Virus record (IMG/VR): IMGVR_UViG_3300031784_000002
Source of the DNA: a virus
Lineage: Duplodnaviria; Caudoviricetes
Strand: one strand, 5' to 3'
Length of the DNA: 64,000 nucleotides
In this document: one piece after another, positions 31,239 to 42,198 of the stretch
How positions within the stretch are numbered: the first letter of the stretch is position 1
Layout: each line of letters begins with the position of its first letter
Translations under genes and position numbers: made by a program
Notes under the pieces: generated by a model
Databases searched by the model: none
Seen by the model: the letters and a program-made list of their open reading frames with translations, nothing else
Told to the model about the DNA's origin: nothing

Positions 31239-34200
31239 ATGACTAAGCAGGTACAGCTCAGAAGAGGAACAACAGCTGAACACGCAACATTTACAGGAGC
31301 AGTAGGTGAATTAACCATTGATACTAGTAAAGACATCGCCGTTGTTCATGATGGAGTCACTACCGGTGGTCATGAACTTGTAGGTGTTGCTGCTACTGGA
31401 CAAACAATTGTTAATAAAGATGGACTTGCAATTGGTTCTAGTATAGCTAGTTCTCCATTGACAGTTATAGGAAACTCATATATTTCTGGAATTGGTACTT
31501 TTGGCGACGATGTTAATGTTGGATCTGACCTAACAGTTTCCGGGGATGCAACATTTGCTGGAATAACAACTACATTAGGCGTAACTATTGGGGTAGGAAA
31601 TACCGATTTAATAGTAAATGGTACTGCAAGGATAACCAATACTTTGTCAATTGGTACTAGTACTATAACTTTAAATGGAAATACTAATACGATAAGTGCT
31701 GAGACTGCTTCTTTTACTAGATTATCAGTCAGTGGTGAGAATGTAACTGTTGCAACTTTTGGTAAAACAGTTACAAATACAGTTTCTTCGGGATCTACAT
31801 CAATTCCAGTAAATAATACAACTTCTTTATTGGTGGGAGATTTAGTTAACGTTACTGGTATACTTACACATGTCCCAATTGTTGGATTAGGAACTACTTC
31901 AGTAACTTCTTTTTATGAAACTGGATCAACGACCTCAATTTCAACAACAGTAAGTGCAGGATCCACTGTTATTGGTGTATCCACAGATGTTGGCATTTCA
32001 ACATCAAATTTTATTTCTGTAGCTGGAATAATCACCAATGTACCTATTGTTGGATTTACAACTACTTCTTTAGGTAATGTTTATAACTTAGTAAGTATTA
32101 CTGGGGTAGCTTCAACTGTATCTTCAGCTTCAACATCTTTCCCAGTTAATGCGACAACTAATGTTATTGTTGGTGACTATGTGAGCGTTGCTAATAGTAC
32201 TACTGGTGCTATTTTAGTTAATAGACAACAAATATTAGGATTAGGATCTACTGATGGAACTCCATATTATCTAACAATCAATACTACATCTATTTCAACA
32301 ACTGTAAGTATTGGATCAACTATTATTTCAATTGGAAGTACATCTGGAATTACCACAAGTTCATTTATTACCGTATCTGGAATTATCACCAATGCTCAAG
32401 TTGTTGGTGTAATTACAACAGGACTCACAACTTCTTATCAAACTTCCGGTTCAACTACCGTAGCTTCTACTGTAGCTACTGGATCAACGGTAATTTCTGT
32501 TGCTTCAACTTCTGGAATAGTTGTTGGAAGCGCTATTGACATTACTGGTATATTTGATAAGGTAAGAGTTACTGGTATAGGCCTCACTACAATAACAATT
32601 GGCGCAGGAAATACTTACAATAGTACTATATCATCTGGATTGGCTCTAACTTCATTTCTAGTTTCTGAGACTCTAAACTATGCTGCTCTGATTGGATCTG
32701 GAAGTACTTCAAATCAAGTTTTACCATCAGGAACATCTGTAAATGTAAATTCATTCATTACTCCATCAATACCTGTAGTAATCATTGGGTCTTCTGTTGG
32801 AACTAATTTGGGTATAGGTTTTACTGTAACTTATGAAAGACTAACTACTCCTACTGGACCTGCTATTCTAATTGGATCTGGAAACACTTCAAATCAGTCC
32901 ATTCCAGTTGGAACAGCTGTATCATACACATTTTTAAATAATGTAAGGTCAACTATTATTATTGGAACTGGAAATACTTCAACTTCTGTTATTTCTGCGG
33001 GATCTTCTCTTAATATTATAAGACAAGAATCGGTGCAGAGTGATTTAAATATTAATAATTTGAAAGCGGTTGGTATTACAACTATTGAACAATTAGTTCT
33101 TTCTGGTCTAACTTTCCCAACTATTGATGGAGCAAAAGGACAAGTTCTTGCTACCGATGGTGCTGGTAATATTGGATTTACCACTGGTGGTGGAGGAGGA
33201 GGATCTAACGTAATTCTTAGAGTATCTTCTAAGACAGGTAGTGACAGTAATGATGGCAAGATTCTTCCTCTTGCAACTATCAGAAAAGCAACTCAACTTG
33301 CATCTATGGTTGGAGAACCGGTAACTATTCTCGTAGAAACTGGTGAATATGTAGAAGATAACCCAATTATTGTCTATGATGAGGTTTCTATTATTGGAGA
33401 TTCTCTAAGAAATATCGTAGTAAGACCTCAAAATGCTGGTAAGGATTTATTTAAGGTCAGAAATGGTTGTTACCTCACAGGAATGACTTTTAATGATTAT
33501 ATCAATCCTACTACTAAAGTTCCTCAGCACACTTATAATTACTCCATAGCTTTTGACGATCCTTATGATTCATCAATATCTAGAACTGGTTATGCTGCTA
33601 CAGCTATTGTAGATATCACAAATGCTGTCTATACGCCATCAACCGGCATTTTAACTGTTACAACAGCTACACCACACCAATTATATTCTCCAAACAGTGT
33701 AAGACTTTCTGGACTTGCATTTACTTGTGGATATGATGAGGTTGGAGTTAGTACATTTAGATATACTAATACAACTGGTGTTTCAACTTGCACTACAGTA
33801 AATGTACATGGACTATCTACTGGTAGCAAAGTATTTTTAGCAGGTCTTGCATTTACTTGTTCTGCAGAACATGCTGGAGTAACCACCACAATTTTCCCAG
33901 ATGGGACCAGTCAATATGGAAGGATATTTACGGTAACTAGTGTTGGTAGCACCAATACATTTACATTTAATGCCGGAATTTCGACAATTGGACATAATTA
34001 TGTAAGTGGAGGTACTGTACAAAAAGCACTAATTTACCCTGAAGCAAATTCCGATGGAAGAATTGATTTTGGTGTTATCAGTGTAGGTTCTTCAACTACA
34101 TTTACCATTAGAGCTGGAGTTACTACTGTACCACACTATTATACTCAAGATGGTACGGCTAGAATTTCCAAACCAATTATTAATAAATCTCCATACATAC

Positions 34201-37200
34201 AAAACTGTTCTATTCTTTCTTTCCTTGGTGGTAATGGTATTCTTGTAGATGGTAATAAGATTGCTAGTCAAAACGAAGCAATCGTTCCCGAACTTGGAGA
34301 AAGACCTACTGCAGGAGAAGGACCGGAATTTGGTAAGTCAATGGTTGCTGCAACCTTTACCATGGTATCTTTTGGTGGTATTGGTTGGAGAACAATTAAC
34401 GATGGATATGCACAGGTTGTTTCTTGTTTCCAAATTTTCTGCCGTTATGCATCCTTAACTCAGTCGGGTGGTTACCTATCAATCACTAACTCCGCTACAA
34501 ACTTTGGAGATTTTTCTCTTAGATCCACAGGTTTCAGTCCAAATGCTTTTGCATTTGATAAGGGACGTATTGCCGCAACTGGCACTAGAGACGGACTTCA
34601 AACACTCAAGGTCATTGGACTTGGTAGAACCGACCAAGATCTTTATGTTTTACAATTCTTAGATAATAATCTTGCCAATAGAACTGGTGATTTCAAACCA
34701 GTTGTAACAAGTCAAGAATTTAACGGTGGTCAAATTAGCACCACAACAAACATTTTCAACATTTCAGGTCACCCATTCAGTAACTTAGATCCAGTTGTAT
34801 ATCTTGGAAATGAAAACGACGCAAATCCACAGTTTATTAGTGGAATGGTTCCAGGAAACCAATATTATGTTTCATATATTGATGCATCTAATTTCTACCT
34901 CTACCAAGATGAAGGTTTAGAAACCATTGTAACTATTGGATCTACATTTGTAGGCATTAATACATTATCTAAAAATAATCAAGAATTTTTTGTAGAAGAA
35001 ATCTTTGATACTCATGGTTCATACCAAACAGTCAGTCTTGCATCAACTTCAAGTACACTTAAGTTTGTATCTGGAAGACAAATTACTCAAACCGTAACAG
35101 GGGGTAATGCAGTTGGTTATGCACTGACATTTAATTCAACCTCAAGACAACTTGTTGTTTCTGTAGAGGCTGTTGCTGGAGTTAGGAGATTCTTCTCCAC
35201 TGCGGGTGGAAATATTAGTGATCACAATGCATCCCCAGTTTCAATTGGTGTAACTGCTGTTGCTGGAATAACAACATATAAAACGGTAGACTTCAAAGTA
35301 GATTCTACTAATACAGGAACCGTTATTGCTGGTATTAGCACACTTCCAGAAAATTACTACTTACATTTCCATAGACCATCTATTATTAACTCTTCTGGTC
35401 ATACATGGGAATATTCTGGATCTGGAACTGATTACAATGCACTTCCTCAAAATGGTGGTAAAGGTGATGCTGCAACTGAACAGGTTTCAGAACTTGGTGG
35501 TAGAGTATATGCTTCTGGTACTAATGAACTTGGTGACTTTAAGATCGGTGATCAGATTACTGCATTTAACAGAACTGGTAACATTATCTTCAACAACAAA
35601 GTTACAATCGGTCAGTTAGATAGTATTCGTCTTTCACTCTCTGGTGGTGTAGCCGTTGAGGAATTCTCTACAGACGTAAATCTTGGAGAAGGTGAGATTG
35701 GTGGACCACAGAATAAGAGAGTTTCTACTCAACTTGCTGTAAGATCTTTCCTTGGAAATAGACTTGGGACATTCATTGATAAGACGGTATCTGCAAATGC
35801 AGTTCCGAATGCAGTTGTTCAGTTAAATGCTAATGGCCAAATTAACCCAGATCTAATTCCTCCAAAAGTTGTTAATTATAACATTACCAACGTTGGTGGC
35901 GGCAGAACTATGTTATCCAACCAAATTCCATCAATTAATATTCTTCAGGGGGACACTGTTGTTGAGCCGGATGATTCTTATGTACTCGTTAATGATGTTT
36001 TAAGTCAATATCTGGTCTTAGATACTGATGGAAGAGATTATAACTTCAATAATGGTAATGTAGTTACTTCCGCACTTGCTGAAGCAGTTACTGGCGTTGT
36101 TACGGCACCTCCTAGAGGACTTGCAATTGGTGTTGGTACAACTGGGTACGTAGATTATAATTACGTTGGTTATGGAACCACAGGCCTTGTTAAGGGCGTG
36201 ATGTTGGGTGGTATAATTAATGCTGCTGGATCTGGATATAATGTCGCTGGAGTTTATACTGGAGTACAATTACTCACACAGACAGGTGTAGGTACTCAAG
36301 CCACTGCTAATATTACGGTTAGTGCTGGTGGTAGTGTAACGAGTGTAGATATTCATGGTGGTGGTAGGTACTACGCAAGTGGAAACATTGTTTCTGCTGC
36401 GGCTACTGCTTTGGGTGGAAGAACTGGTGGATCTGACTTCCAGTTCACTATTAATGACGTTGAAACTAGACTTTACATTGGTCTTACAAATAATCAAAAG
36501 TTTGCTGGTTCTTCAGCTCTGGCCGATTATATTGCAGATAATGATGCAGCTGGTATTTCTACAGTATTAACTACAAGATATGAAGTAACCTTTACACCTA
36601 CAGATATTTCGGTTGGAGGTAATATTGACTTCATAAATGATAGAATTGTGGTTGGAGCCGGTAACAGTTTTGTTAATGGAGATCCAATCATTTATGACGC
36701 AAATGGTGGTAACATTATTACTGTTGGTGGTCTTGGTATTATTAACTTGTCTACTTACTATGTTAAGGTAGTTGGAGCGGGTACTTCAGTTGAATTACAC
36801 AGAACATATCAGTTAAATGATCCATTAGATCTAACTGGTAGTGGAACAGGTACACACAAACTTGCAAGAGCTGTAGTAAACGTAGAAGAGGATGCTCTCG
36901 TAATAGTTGGTCACGGATATTCAACTGGTACTCCAGTTAGAGTGACTGGATCAACACCAGTTGGAATTGATACTCATGCATTCTACTATGTTGGTTCAAT
37001 AACAACTAACTCATTTACATTCCACGAAACGCAATCTGATGCATTGTCTTCCGTAAATGGAGTAAGTTTCAATACAATTGCAATTGGATCAACTTCTACT
37101 GGTACAATAACTCTAACAAAACAAAACGTAAGATATGCTTCTGTTGTTAATACTTCATCCACAAATCCCAATAACTGGGCTTTACTTGCTAGAGACAGTA

Positions 37201-38177
37201 TTGACGCTTCTAACATTGTATCTGGAGTAATTTCACCTACAAGACTAGGAACTGGATCTGCAAACTCAGACACTGTTCTTACCGGTACTTCGGAATATAA
37301 GAAGAATGTCTTCTCAGTGGGCATTGGTACGACTCAACCATTAGGTGTAAGTTCTTATACAAGTGCAGATTTAGCTGCAGGTGGAGTTGGAGTTAACACA
37401 TATTATGGTTCATTAAATTTTACAGTCACTAGAGCTGCTGGATCTGCAGATCTTTATTCAACTCTTGGTGTTGCAAGATTTAAGACCAGTACCTTCTCTG
37501 TAGATACTGATGGTAATGTTCAGATTAAAAATTCACTAACTGGTGATGTTGATGCTGCTACTCTAGGTGGTCAAACCGGTGCTTATTATCTAAACTCACT
37601 AAATCATACTGGCGCTGTTCCTATTACCAGGGGTGGTACTGGTCAAAATGGTGTTCCTGCTGCAGGTGCAATTCTGCAGGGTAATGGAACTGCTTATAAC
37701 TTAACTACTGCTCCAATATTTACAGGTATCACAACCTTCAGTGGCGGCACTGCATCATCTTCAACAACAACTGGACAGGTTGTAATTACTGGTGGTCTTG
37801 GAGTTAGTGGAAATATTAACCTAGGAGGAACCTTAAATGCGGTTTCCAAGTCATTCTTAATTGATCACCCAACAAAACCAGGATACAAACTCCAATATGG
37901 TTCTCTTGAGGGTCCAGAAAATGGAGTATATGTAAGAGGTAAACTTGTTGGTTCGGATACAATTCAACTTCCAGATTACTGGACTGGATTAGTTGATGAA
38001 GAAACAATTACCGTAACATTAACTCCAATTGGACAAACTCCAGTTCTACATAGTGCAGTAAGTACAAGTATTTCTGAAGTAAAGGTAGCTAGTGCAGGTG
38101 ATATTAACTGTTACTATGTTGTTTACGCAGAAAGAAAGGATACTGAAAAACTTGTTGTAGAATTTGAGGGGGTTTGA
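31239..38177 (+). CDS. Tail fibre or tailspike: Mtd-type N-terminal domain, Thr/Ser/Val repeats, pectin-lyase-like beta-helix, C-terminal chaperone-like domain
   Basis: MTKQVQLRRGTTAEHATFTGAVGELTIDT is Mtd_N-like. GSDSNDG...PLATIRKA...TILVETGEYVE...SIIGDSLR is a beta-helix entry motif. SKSFLIDHPTKPGYKLQYGSLEGPE is a common fibre C-terminal domain. Confidence 0.8.
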   Translation: MTKQVQLRRGTTAEHATFTGAVGELTIDTSKDIAVVHDGVTTGGHELVGVAATGQTIVNKDGLAIGSSIASSPLTVIGNSYISGIGTFGDDVNVGSDLTVSGDATFAGITTTLGVTIGVGNTDLIVNGTARITNTLSIGTSTITLNGNTNTISAETASFTRLSVSGENVTVATFGKTVTNTVSSGSTSIPVNNTTSLLVGDLVNVTGILTHVPIVGLGTTSVTSFYETGSTTSISTTVSAGSTVIGVSTDVGISTSNFISVAGIITNVPIVGFTTTSLGNVYNLVSITGVASTVSSASTSFPVNATTNVIVGDYVSVANSTTGAILVNRQQILGLGSTDGTPYYLTINTTSISTTVSIGSTIISIGSTSGITTSSFITVSGIITNAQVVGVITTGLTTSYQTSGSTTVASTVATGSTVISVASTSGIVVGSAIDITGIFDKVRVTGIGLTTITIGAGNTYNSTISSGLALTSFLVSETLNYAALIGSGSTSNQVLPSGTSVNVNSFITPSIPVVIIGSSVGTNLGIGFTVTYERLTTPTGPAILIGSGNTSNQSIPVGTAVSYTFLNNVRSTIIIGTGNTSTSVISAGSSLNIIRQESVQSDLNINNLKAVGITTIEQLVLSGLTFPTIDGAKGQVLATDGAGNIGFTTGGGGGGSNVILRVSSKTGSDSNDGKILPLATIRKATQLASMVGEPVTILVETGEYVEDNPIIVYDEVSIIGDSLRNIVVRPQNAGKDLFKVRNGCYLTGMTFNDYINPTTKVPQHTYNYSIAFDDPYDSSISRTGYAATAIVDITNAVYTPSTGILTVTTATPHQLYSPNSVRLSGLAFTCGYDEVGVSTFRYTNTTGVSTCTTVNVHGLSTGSKVFLAGLAFTCSAEHAGVTTTIFPDGTSQYGRIFTVTSVGSTNTFTFNAGISTIGHNYVSGGTVQKALIYPEANSDGRIDFGVISVGSSTTFTIRAGVTTVPHYYTQDGTARISKPIINKSPYIQNCSILSFLGGNGILVDGNKIASQNEAIVPELGERPTAGEGPEFGKSMVAATFTMVSFGGIGWRTINDGYAQVVSCFQIFCRYASLTQSGGYLSITNSATNFGDFSLRSTGFSPNAFAFDKGRIAATGTRDGLQTLKVIGLGRTDQDLYVLQFLDNNLANRTGDFKPVVTSQEFNGGQISTTTNIFNISGHPFSNLDPVVYLGNENDANPQFISGMVPGNQYYVSYIDASNFYLYQDEGLETIVTIGSTFVGINTLSKNNQEFFVEEIFDTHGSYQTVSLASTSSTLKFVSGRQITQTVTGGNAVGYALTFNSTSRQLVVSVEAVAGVRRFFSTAGGNISDHNASPVSIGVTAVAGITTYKTVDFKVDSTNTGTVIAGISTLPENYYLHFHRPSIINSSGHTWEYSGSGTDYNALPQNGGKGDAATEQVSELGGRVYASGTNELGDFKIGDQITAFNRTGNIIFNNKVTIGQLDSIRLSLSGGVAVEEFSTDVNLGEGEIGGPQNKRVSTQLAVRSFLGNRLGTFIDKTVSANAVPNAVVQLNANGQINPDLIPPKVVNYNITNVGGGRTMLSNQIPSINILQGDTVVEPDDSYVLVNDVLSQYLVLDTDGRDYNFNNGNVVTSALAEAVTGVVTAPPRGLAIGVGTTGYVDYNYVGYGTTGLVKGVMLGGIINAAGSGYNVAGVYTGVQLLTQTGVGTQATANITVSAGGSVTSVDIHGGGRYYASGNIVSAAATALGGRTGGSDFQFTINDVETRLYIGLTNNQKFAGSSALADYIADNDAAGISTVLTTRYEVTFTPTDISVGGNIDFINDRIVVGAGNSFVNGDPIIYDANGGNIITVGGLGIINLSTYYVKVVGAGTSVELHRTYQLNDPLDLTGSGTGTHKLARAVVNVEEDALVIVGHGYSTGTPVRVTGSTPVGIDTHAFYYVGSITTNSFTFHETQSDALSSVNGVSFNTIAIGSTSTGTITLTKQNVRYASVVNTSSTNPNNWALLARDSIDASNIVSGVISPTRLGTGSANSDTVLTGTSEYKKNVFSVGIGTTQPLGVSSYTSADLAAGGVGVNTYYGSLNFTVTRAAGSADLYSTLGVARFKTSTFSVDTDGNVQIKNSLTGDVDAATLGGQTGAYYLNSLNHTGAVPITRGGTGQNGVPAAGAILQGNGTAYNLTTAPIFTGITTFSGGTASSSTTTGQVVITGGLGVSGNINLGGTLNAVSKSFLIDHPTKPGYKLQYGSLEGPENGVYVRGKLVGSDTIQLPDYWTGLVDEETITVTLTPIGQTPVLHSAVSTSISEVKVASAGDINCYYVVYAERKDTEKLVVEFEGV

Positions 38178-38180
38178 TAG

Positions 38181-39626
38181 ATGACAATATCGGTAGGAAG
38201 TTCTTCTTTTATTTCTGATGGATTAATTTTATATTTTAATCCATCAAACCCCAAAAATTACCTATTGAATGAAATTGAGGTTTTATTAATTGGTGGTGGG
38301 GGAGGTGGATCGGAAAATCAATATGATGATGGATCCGGAGGTGGTGGAGGGGGATTTTTACAGAGGGTTACGAATGTCTCTTCATCTACAGCTTATACTA
38401 TTACTGTGGGTAATGGAGGTGGAACTGGTGGAAGTGGATCTGTCGGTGGAAATACCAGTGCTTTTGGGTTAATTGCTTATGGCGGCGGCGGTGGGTCTAG
38501 TCATAGGAGTAGTGGTGGAACTGTTGATGGAGCTAGTGGCGGTGGATCAGGTGGACAATACTCTTCAGATATTCCAGTAGTAGGTAGAGCAATATATGGC
38601 GATCAAGGAAATGATGGTGGTGCAAGTATAACTTATGGTGGAGGAGGTGGAGGAGGTGCGGGCTCTGCAGGACAAGGTTCAATAACTTATGGTCATGGCG
38701 GTTATGGAGGCAAAGGTAGAGCTTCTTCAATATCTGGAACTTTAAGATATTATTCTGGAGGCGGAGGCGGTTTTGGTTATGCTAATTTGGGTAGAGGTGG
38801 AATCGGTGGAGGTGGTTCTACGGGAGTTTCTCCACAAGCGAATAGTGGTGGTGGAGGAGGTGGAGGAAAAACCACCGGAAACAGAGCTACTGGTGGTGCT
38901 CAGGGAGTTGTGATAATTAGATACCCTGGTCCACAAAAAGCAACAGGTGGTAATACTATTACTTATATTGGTGGATATACTATTCATACATTTACTTCAA
39001 CTGGAACGTTTACCACTCTTGGCACACCATCTAATGGTTCTACTGTTTATGGATTGTATGATCTGAGTAATAATTTAAATTCTGCAAATACCTTAGGAGC
39101 GTCTTATGCTCCTACTTACAATATTAGTGCATCGGGAACTTTACTTTTTGATGGATCTGATGATATTATTCAGTTTGATAGATCCCCCATTTTAAGTAAT
39201 TTGAAAGCTTCTTTGGGAGGTGAAGGTTATACTGTTTTAATCTGGGCAAGATCTACGAGTACCACTGGCCAGTGGAGAAAATTAATAGGAAATGATGATG
39301 GCGAGAATTATATTGATCTATACCAAAATCCTAGTGGATATTATCATCAGGAGTGTGGATCAACGTTATATGTTGATGGTACACAAGTATCTCAGGGATC
39401 TTATTATATGCCAAACGCCGGTTATCATTTTTGGGGAGCCACAAATTATAACTCCGGCACACTAAATAATCCCAGTAGAGGATTTGGAATATTTAATGAA
39501 CCAGATAGAGTTAGATCATATCAACTTGCAGGAAATTTGGGAGAAGTTTTTATATTCAATAGAGTATTAACTACAAACGAGATTAATTTAATTTTTAATT
39601 CCACAAAAAGTAGGTATGGACTATAA
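38181..39626 (+). CDS. Cassette 1 gene A: glycine-rich domain inserted in a LamG/ConA-like lectin domain (putative adhesin)
   Basis: DGLILYFNPSNPKNY, then EVLLIGGGGGG...TIHTFTSTGTF, then a LamG-like C-terminus (LGEVFIFNRVLTTNEI...RYGL). Confidence 0.75.
   Translation: MTISVGSSSFISDGLILYFNPSNPKNYLLNEIEVLLIGGGGGGSENQYDDGSGGGGGGFLQRVTNVSSSTAYTITVGNGGGTGGSGSVGGNTSAFGLIAYGGGGGSSHRSSGGTVDGASGGGSGGQYSSDIPVVGRAIYGDQGNDGGASITYGGGGGGGAGSAGQGSITYGHGGYGGKGRASSISGTLRYYSGGGGGFGYANLGRGGIGGGGSTGVSPQANSGGGGGGGKTTGNRATGGAQGVVIIRYPGPQKATGGNTITYIGGYTIHTFTSTGTFTTLGTPSNGSTVYGLYDLSNNLNSANTLGASYAPTYNISASGTLLFDGSDDIIQFDRSPILSNLKASLGGEGYTVLIWARSTSTTGQWRKLIGNDDGENYIDLYQNPSGYYHQECGSTLYVDGTQVSQGSYYMPNAGYHFWGATNYNSGTLNNPSRGFGIFNEPDRVRSYQLAGNLGEVFIFNRVLTTNEINLIFNSTKSRYGL
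38919..38999 (+). repeat. 81-bp perfect direct repeat, arm L copy 1 (partner 41491-41571)
   Basis: Base-by-base identical: AGATACCCTGGTCCACAAAAAG...CATACATTTACTTCA. Confidence 0.95.
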
Positions 39627-39724
39627 TGGCTAACTCAGATAAAAATATTCTAATAACTCCCAATAAAAATGCCTCTGGTATTCCAGAAATTGCTCTGACT
39701 GGTTTTGGCAATTCTACAATTTCA
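39617..39724 (+). repeat. 108-bp perfect direct repeat, arm R copy 1 (partner 42189-42296), spanning the A/B gene junction
   Basis: Base-by-base identical: TGGACTATAATGGCTAACTCAG...CAATTCTACAATTTCA. Confidence 0.95.
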
Positions 39725-40723
39725 GCAAATATTCCAGATTCTAACATTGGTACTTTAAATTTTTCTACAAGTACAAAAAATATTTTTTCAATTGATAGTG
39801 ATCAAAATTCAAATATCCAACTATCTATAGGAAGCACTACATCTGGTAGTTTTTTAGAGCTCAAAAATTTTGGAAATTTAAGTATAAACACTCCAAAAAC
39901 TACAATATATGGAAAGGGGTTGAAATTATCAAAAGTAAAACCAACAACATCTCCTTCCGTTAACGGAAAAATTGCTTACGATTCCGTACAAAAAACTTTG
40001 GTAGTTAGCAATTCAACTACATGGACTTCTTATAGTTCTCCAACTTATGTACAAGATGGACTTATAGTTTACTACGATGCTTCCAGACCAGACTCATATC
40101 CAGGAAGTGGTAGCGTAGTTTACGATATTAGTGGAAGTTCTATTGGATCTGGTGAAATGCATGGAACAATGGGAAATGTTGGGTTTAGTACTGAAAGAGG
40201 TGGAGCCTTAACATTTAATGGATCCAATTCTTATATTGATGTCAATAATAGTAGTGATTTATTGCGAGATTTTTCTGGATATACTGTAGAGTGGTATACC
40301 AAGATAACTACAGCTACTGCATGTGAAATTTTTGGTAATTATGGTCCTTCGTTTACAACTAATTACTTGTGGATTGCAGCAAGATATGGACATTATTTAA
40401 ATGGAGCAAATCCTTATTTTGTTGCAGGACCTTACACTGAGGCTGCTCCTCTTGAACCGGGATACACTTATCATGGAGCGGTGACTAGAGATCCTCAAAC
40501 TAGAAATACGATGTTGTATTTGAATGGATTTTTAAATACAAGTTCTACTGCAGATGCAAGAATAGGAAATGGAATCAATTATAGAATTGGATTGGATGTA
40601 AACTCAAGTACGGCCGAACCTTTTGGTGGTAGTTTATATTTAATCAGAGTCTATAATAGACCTCTTACCCCTAAAGAAATTCAAATAAATTTTGAGTCCG
40701 CAAGGACCAGAGTTGGATTATAA
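39626..40723 (+). CDS. Cassette 1 gene B: conserved MANSDK N-terminal domain plus LamG-like C-terminal domain
   Basis: MANSDKNILITPNK...; then DGLIVYYDASRPDSYPGSGS...VYNRPLTPKEI. Confidence 0.75.
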   Translation: MANSDKNILITPNKNASGIPEIALTGFGNSTISANIPDSNIGTLNFSTSTKNIFSIDSDQNSNIQLSIGSTTSGSFLELKNFGNLSINTPKTTIYGKGLKLSKVKPTTSPSVNGKIAYDSVQKTLVVSNSTTWTSYSSPTYVQDGLIVYYDASRPDSYPGSGSVVYDISGSSIGSGEMHGTMGNVGFSTERGGALTFNGSNSYIDVNNSSDLLRDFSGYTVEWYTKITTATACEIFGNYGPSFTTNYLWIAARYGHYLNGANPYFVAGPYTEAAPLEPGYTYHGAVTRDPQTRNTMLYLNGFLNTSSTADARIGNGINYRIGLDVNSSTAEPFGGSLYLIRVYNRPLTPKEIQINFESARTRVGL

Positions 40724-40726
40724 ATA
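40719..40726 (+). promoter_or_regulatory. Late promoter TATAAATA for cassette 2
   Basis: Exact consensus overlapping the stop of cassette 1 gene B. Confidence 0.8.
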
Positions 40727-40758
40727 TCTTTTATGAAGACTAATAATAGGAAAAAATA

Positions 40759-42198
40759 ATGACCATAAGAGTTGGATCTGGAATAATTAAAGATGGTCTT
40801 ATTTTGCATCTTGATGCAGCTGATCAGTTAAATTATCTACTTTCCGTTGTTGAAGTTCTTGTGGTCGCTGGCGGTGGTGGTGGCGGTGTTTGTTATGGAG
40901 GAGGAGGTGGTGGAGGAGGAGTAGTATATTCAAATTCGTATTCCGTAACACCTGGTACTGGTATAAACGTTTCCATAGGTAATGGTGGAACTAATCAAGT
41001 AAACGTTGTCGGTAATGGTGGCCCTGGAGGCAACTCTTCTTTTGGTAATTTAACTGCTATTGGTGGCGGCTACGGCGGCGGTAATTGTGGTAATGCAGGA
41101 GGTTCTGGGGGATCAGGAGGCGGTGGATCTGGTACAGGGTCTGCAAGAGTATCTGGTGGTACAGGAACTCCTGCGATGGGTTTTGATGGAGAAACTTCTA
41201 TTCCCGCTGGTGGAGGTGGAGGTGGAGGTGCTGGTTCTTTAGGATTTAGAAGAGCTGGCGGGAATGGACTTCCATTTACCATTTCCGGATCTATTCAATA
41301 CTATGGAGGAGGTGGTTCCGGCGGTGGACCAGAGGACATGCCAGGCGGAGCTGGCGGTGGTGGAATGGGGGGCACTGCAGTTGCTTCTGGAAGAGCAGAT
41401 GCGACTCCTAACACTGGCGGTGGAGGTGGAGGTAGTATTATTTCCGGTTCTGGAGTTTCTGGTATAGGTGGATCAGGAATAGTAATTGTAAGATACCCTG
41501 GTCCACAAAAAGCAACAGGTGGTAATACTATTACTTATATTGGTGGATATACTATTCATACATTTACTTCAGCTGGAACATTTACTCCAAATTCTTTACC
41601 ATCAAATAATAGTTCCATCAACGGATTATTTGATTTAACTGGAGATGGTAATACGGCTTTTCAATCTGGGGGAGTAACTTATAATGCAAGTAACTCTGGT
41701 GCATTAAATTTTGATGGGAGTAATGATTTTTTAACTTCTCCAGCATCCTCTTTGTTTTCATTTGGGACAGGGGATTTTACTTTAGAAATTTTGATATATC
41801 CAGAAAGTTTTTCTACTTATACCCATATGATCGCTCTTCCAGATCAAAATACATTTGCACTTAAAGCCAATGCATCTGATGGCCAAATATACTTTTATAG
41901 TCCATCTTATAATACTTTTGGTTCTACTTCGGGTTGGACTTTATCTTTGAATACTTGGAATCATGTAGTTTTTAAAAGAGAATCTTCTATAGGTTATGCT
42001 TTTTTAAATGGTATTTCTAGGGGATCTAAATCTGGATTTATTAACAATTTTACATCACGAGTATTAAATATCCACAATGGATGGCCAAATGAATTTACTC
42101 AATGTAGAATATCAAATGTAATGATATATAATAGATCATTAACTACTTCAGAGATCCAACAAAACTTCAATGCACTCAGAGGGAGGTTTGGACTATAA
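40759..42198 (+). CDS. Cassette 2 gene A: glycine-rich domain plus LamG-like domain
   Basis: DGLILHLDAADQLNY, EVLVVAGGGGG..., C-terminal IYNRSLTTSEIQQNFNALRGRFGL. Confidence 0.75.
   Translation: MTIRVGSGIIKDGLILHLDAADQLNYLLSVVEVLVVAGGGGGGVCYGGGGGGGGVVYSNSYSVTPGTGINVSIGNGGTNQVNVVGNGGPGGNSSFGNLTAIGGGYGGGNCGNAGGSGGSGGGGSGTGSARVSGGTGTPAMGFDGETSIPAGGGGGGGAGSLGFRRAGGNGLPFTISGSIQYYGGGGSGGGPEDMPGGAGGGGMGGTAVASGRADATPNTGGGGGGSIISGSGVSGIGGSGIVIVRYPGPQKATGGNTITYIGGYTIHTFTSAGTFTPNSLPSNNSSINGLFDLTGDGNTAFQSGGVTYNASNSGALNFDGSNDFLTSPASSLFSFGTGDFTLEILIYPESFSTYTHMIALPDQNTFALKANASDGQIYFYSPSYNTFGSTSGWTLSLNTWNHVVFKRESSIGYAFLNGISRGSKSGFINNFTSRVLNIHNGWPNEFTQCRISNVMIYNRSLTTSEIQQNFNALRGRFGL
41491..41571 (+). repeat. 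81-bp perfect direct repeat, arm L copy 2
   Basis: Identical to 38919-38999, offset 2572 bp. Confidence 0.95.
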
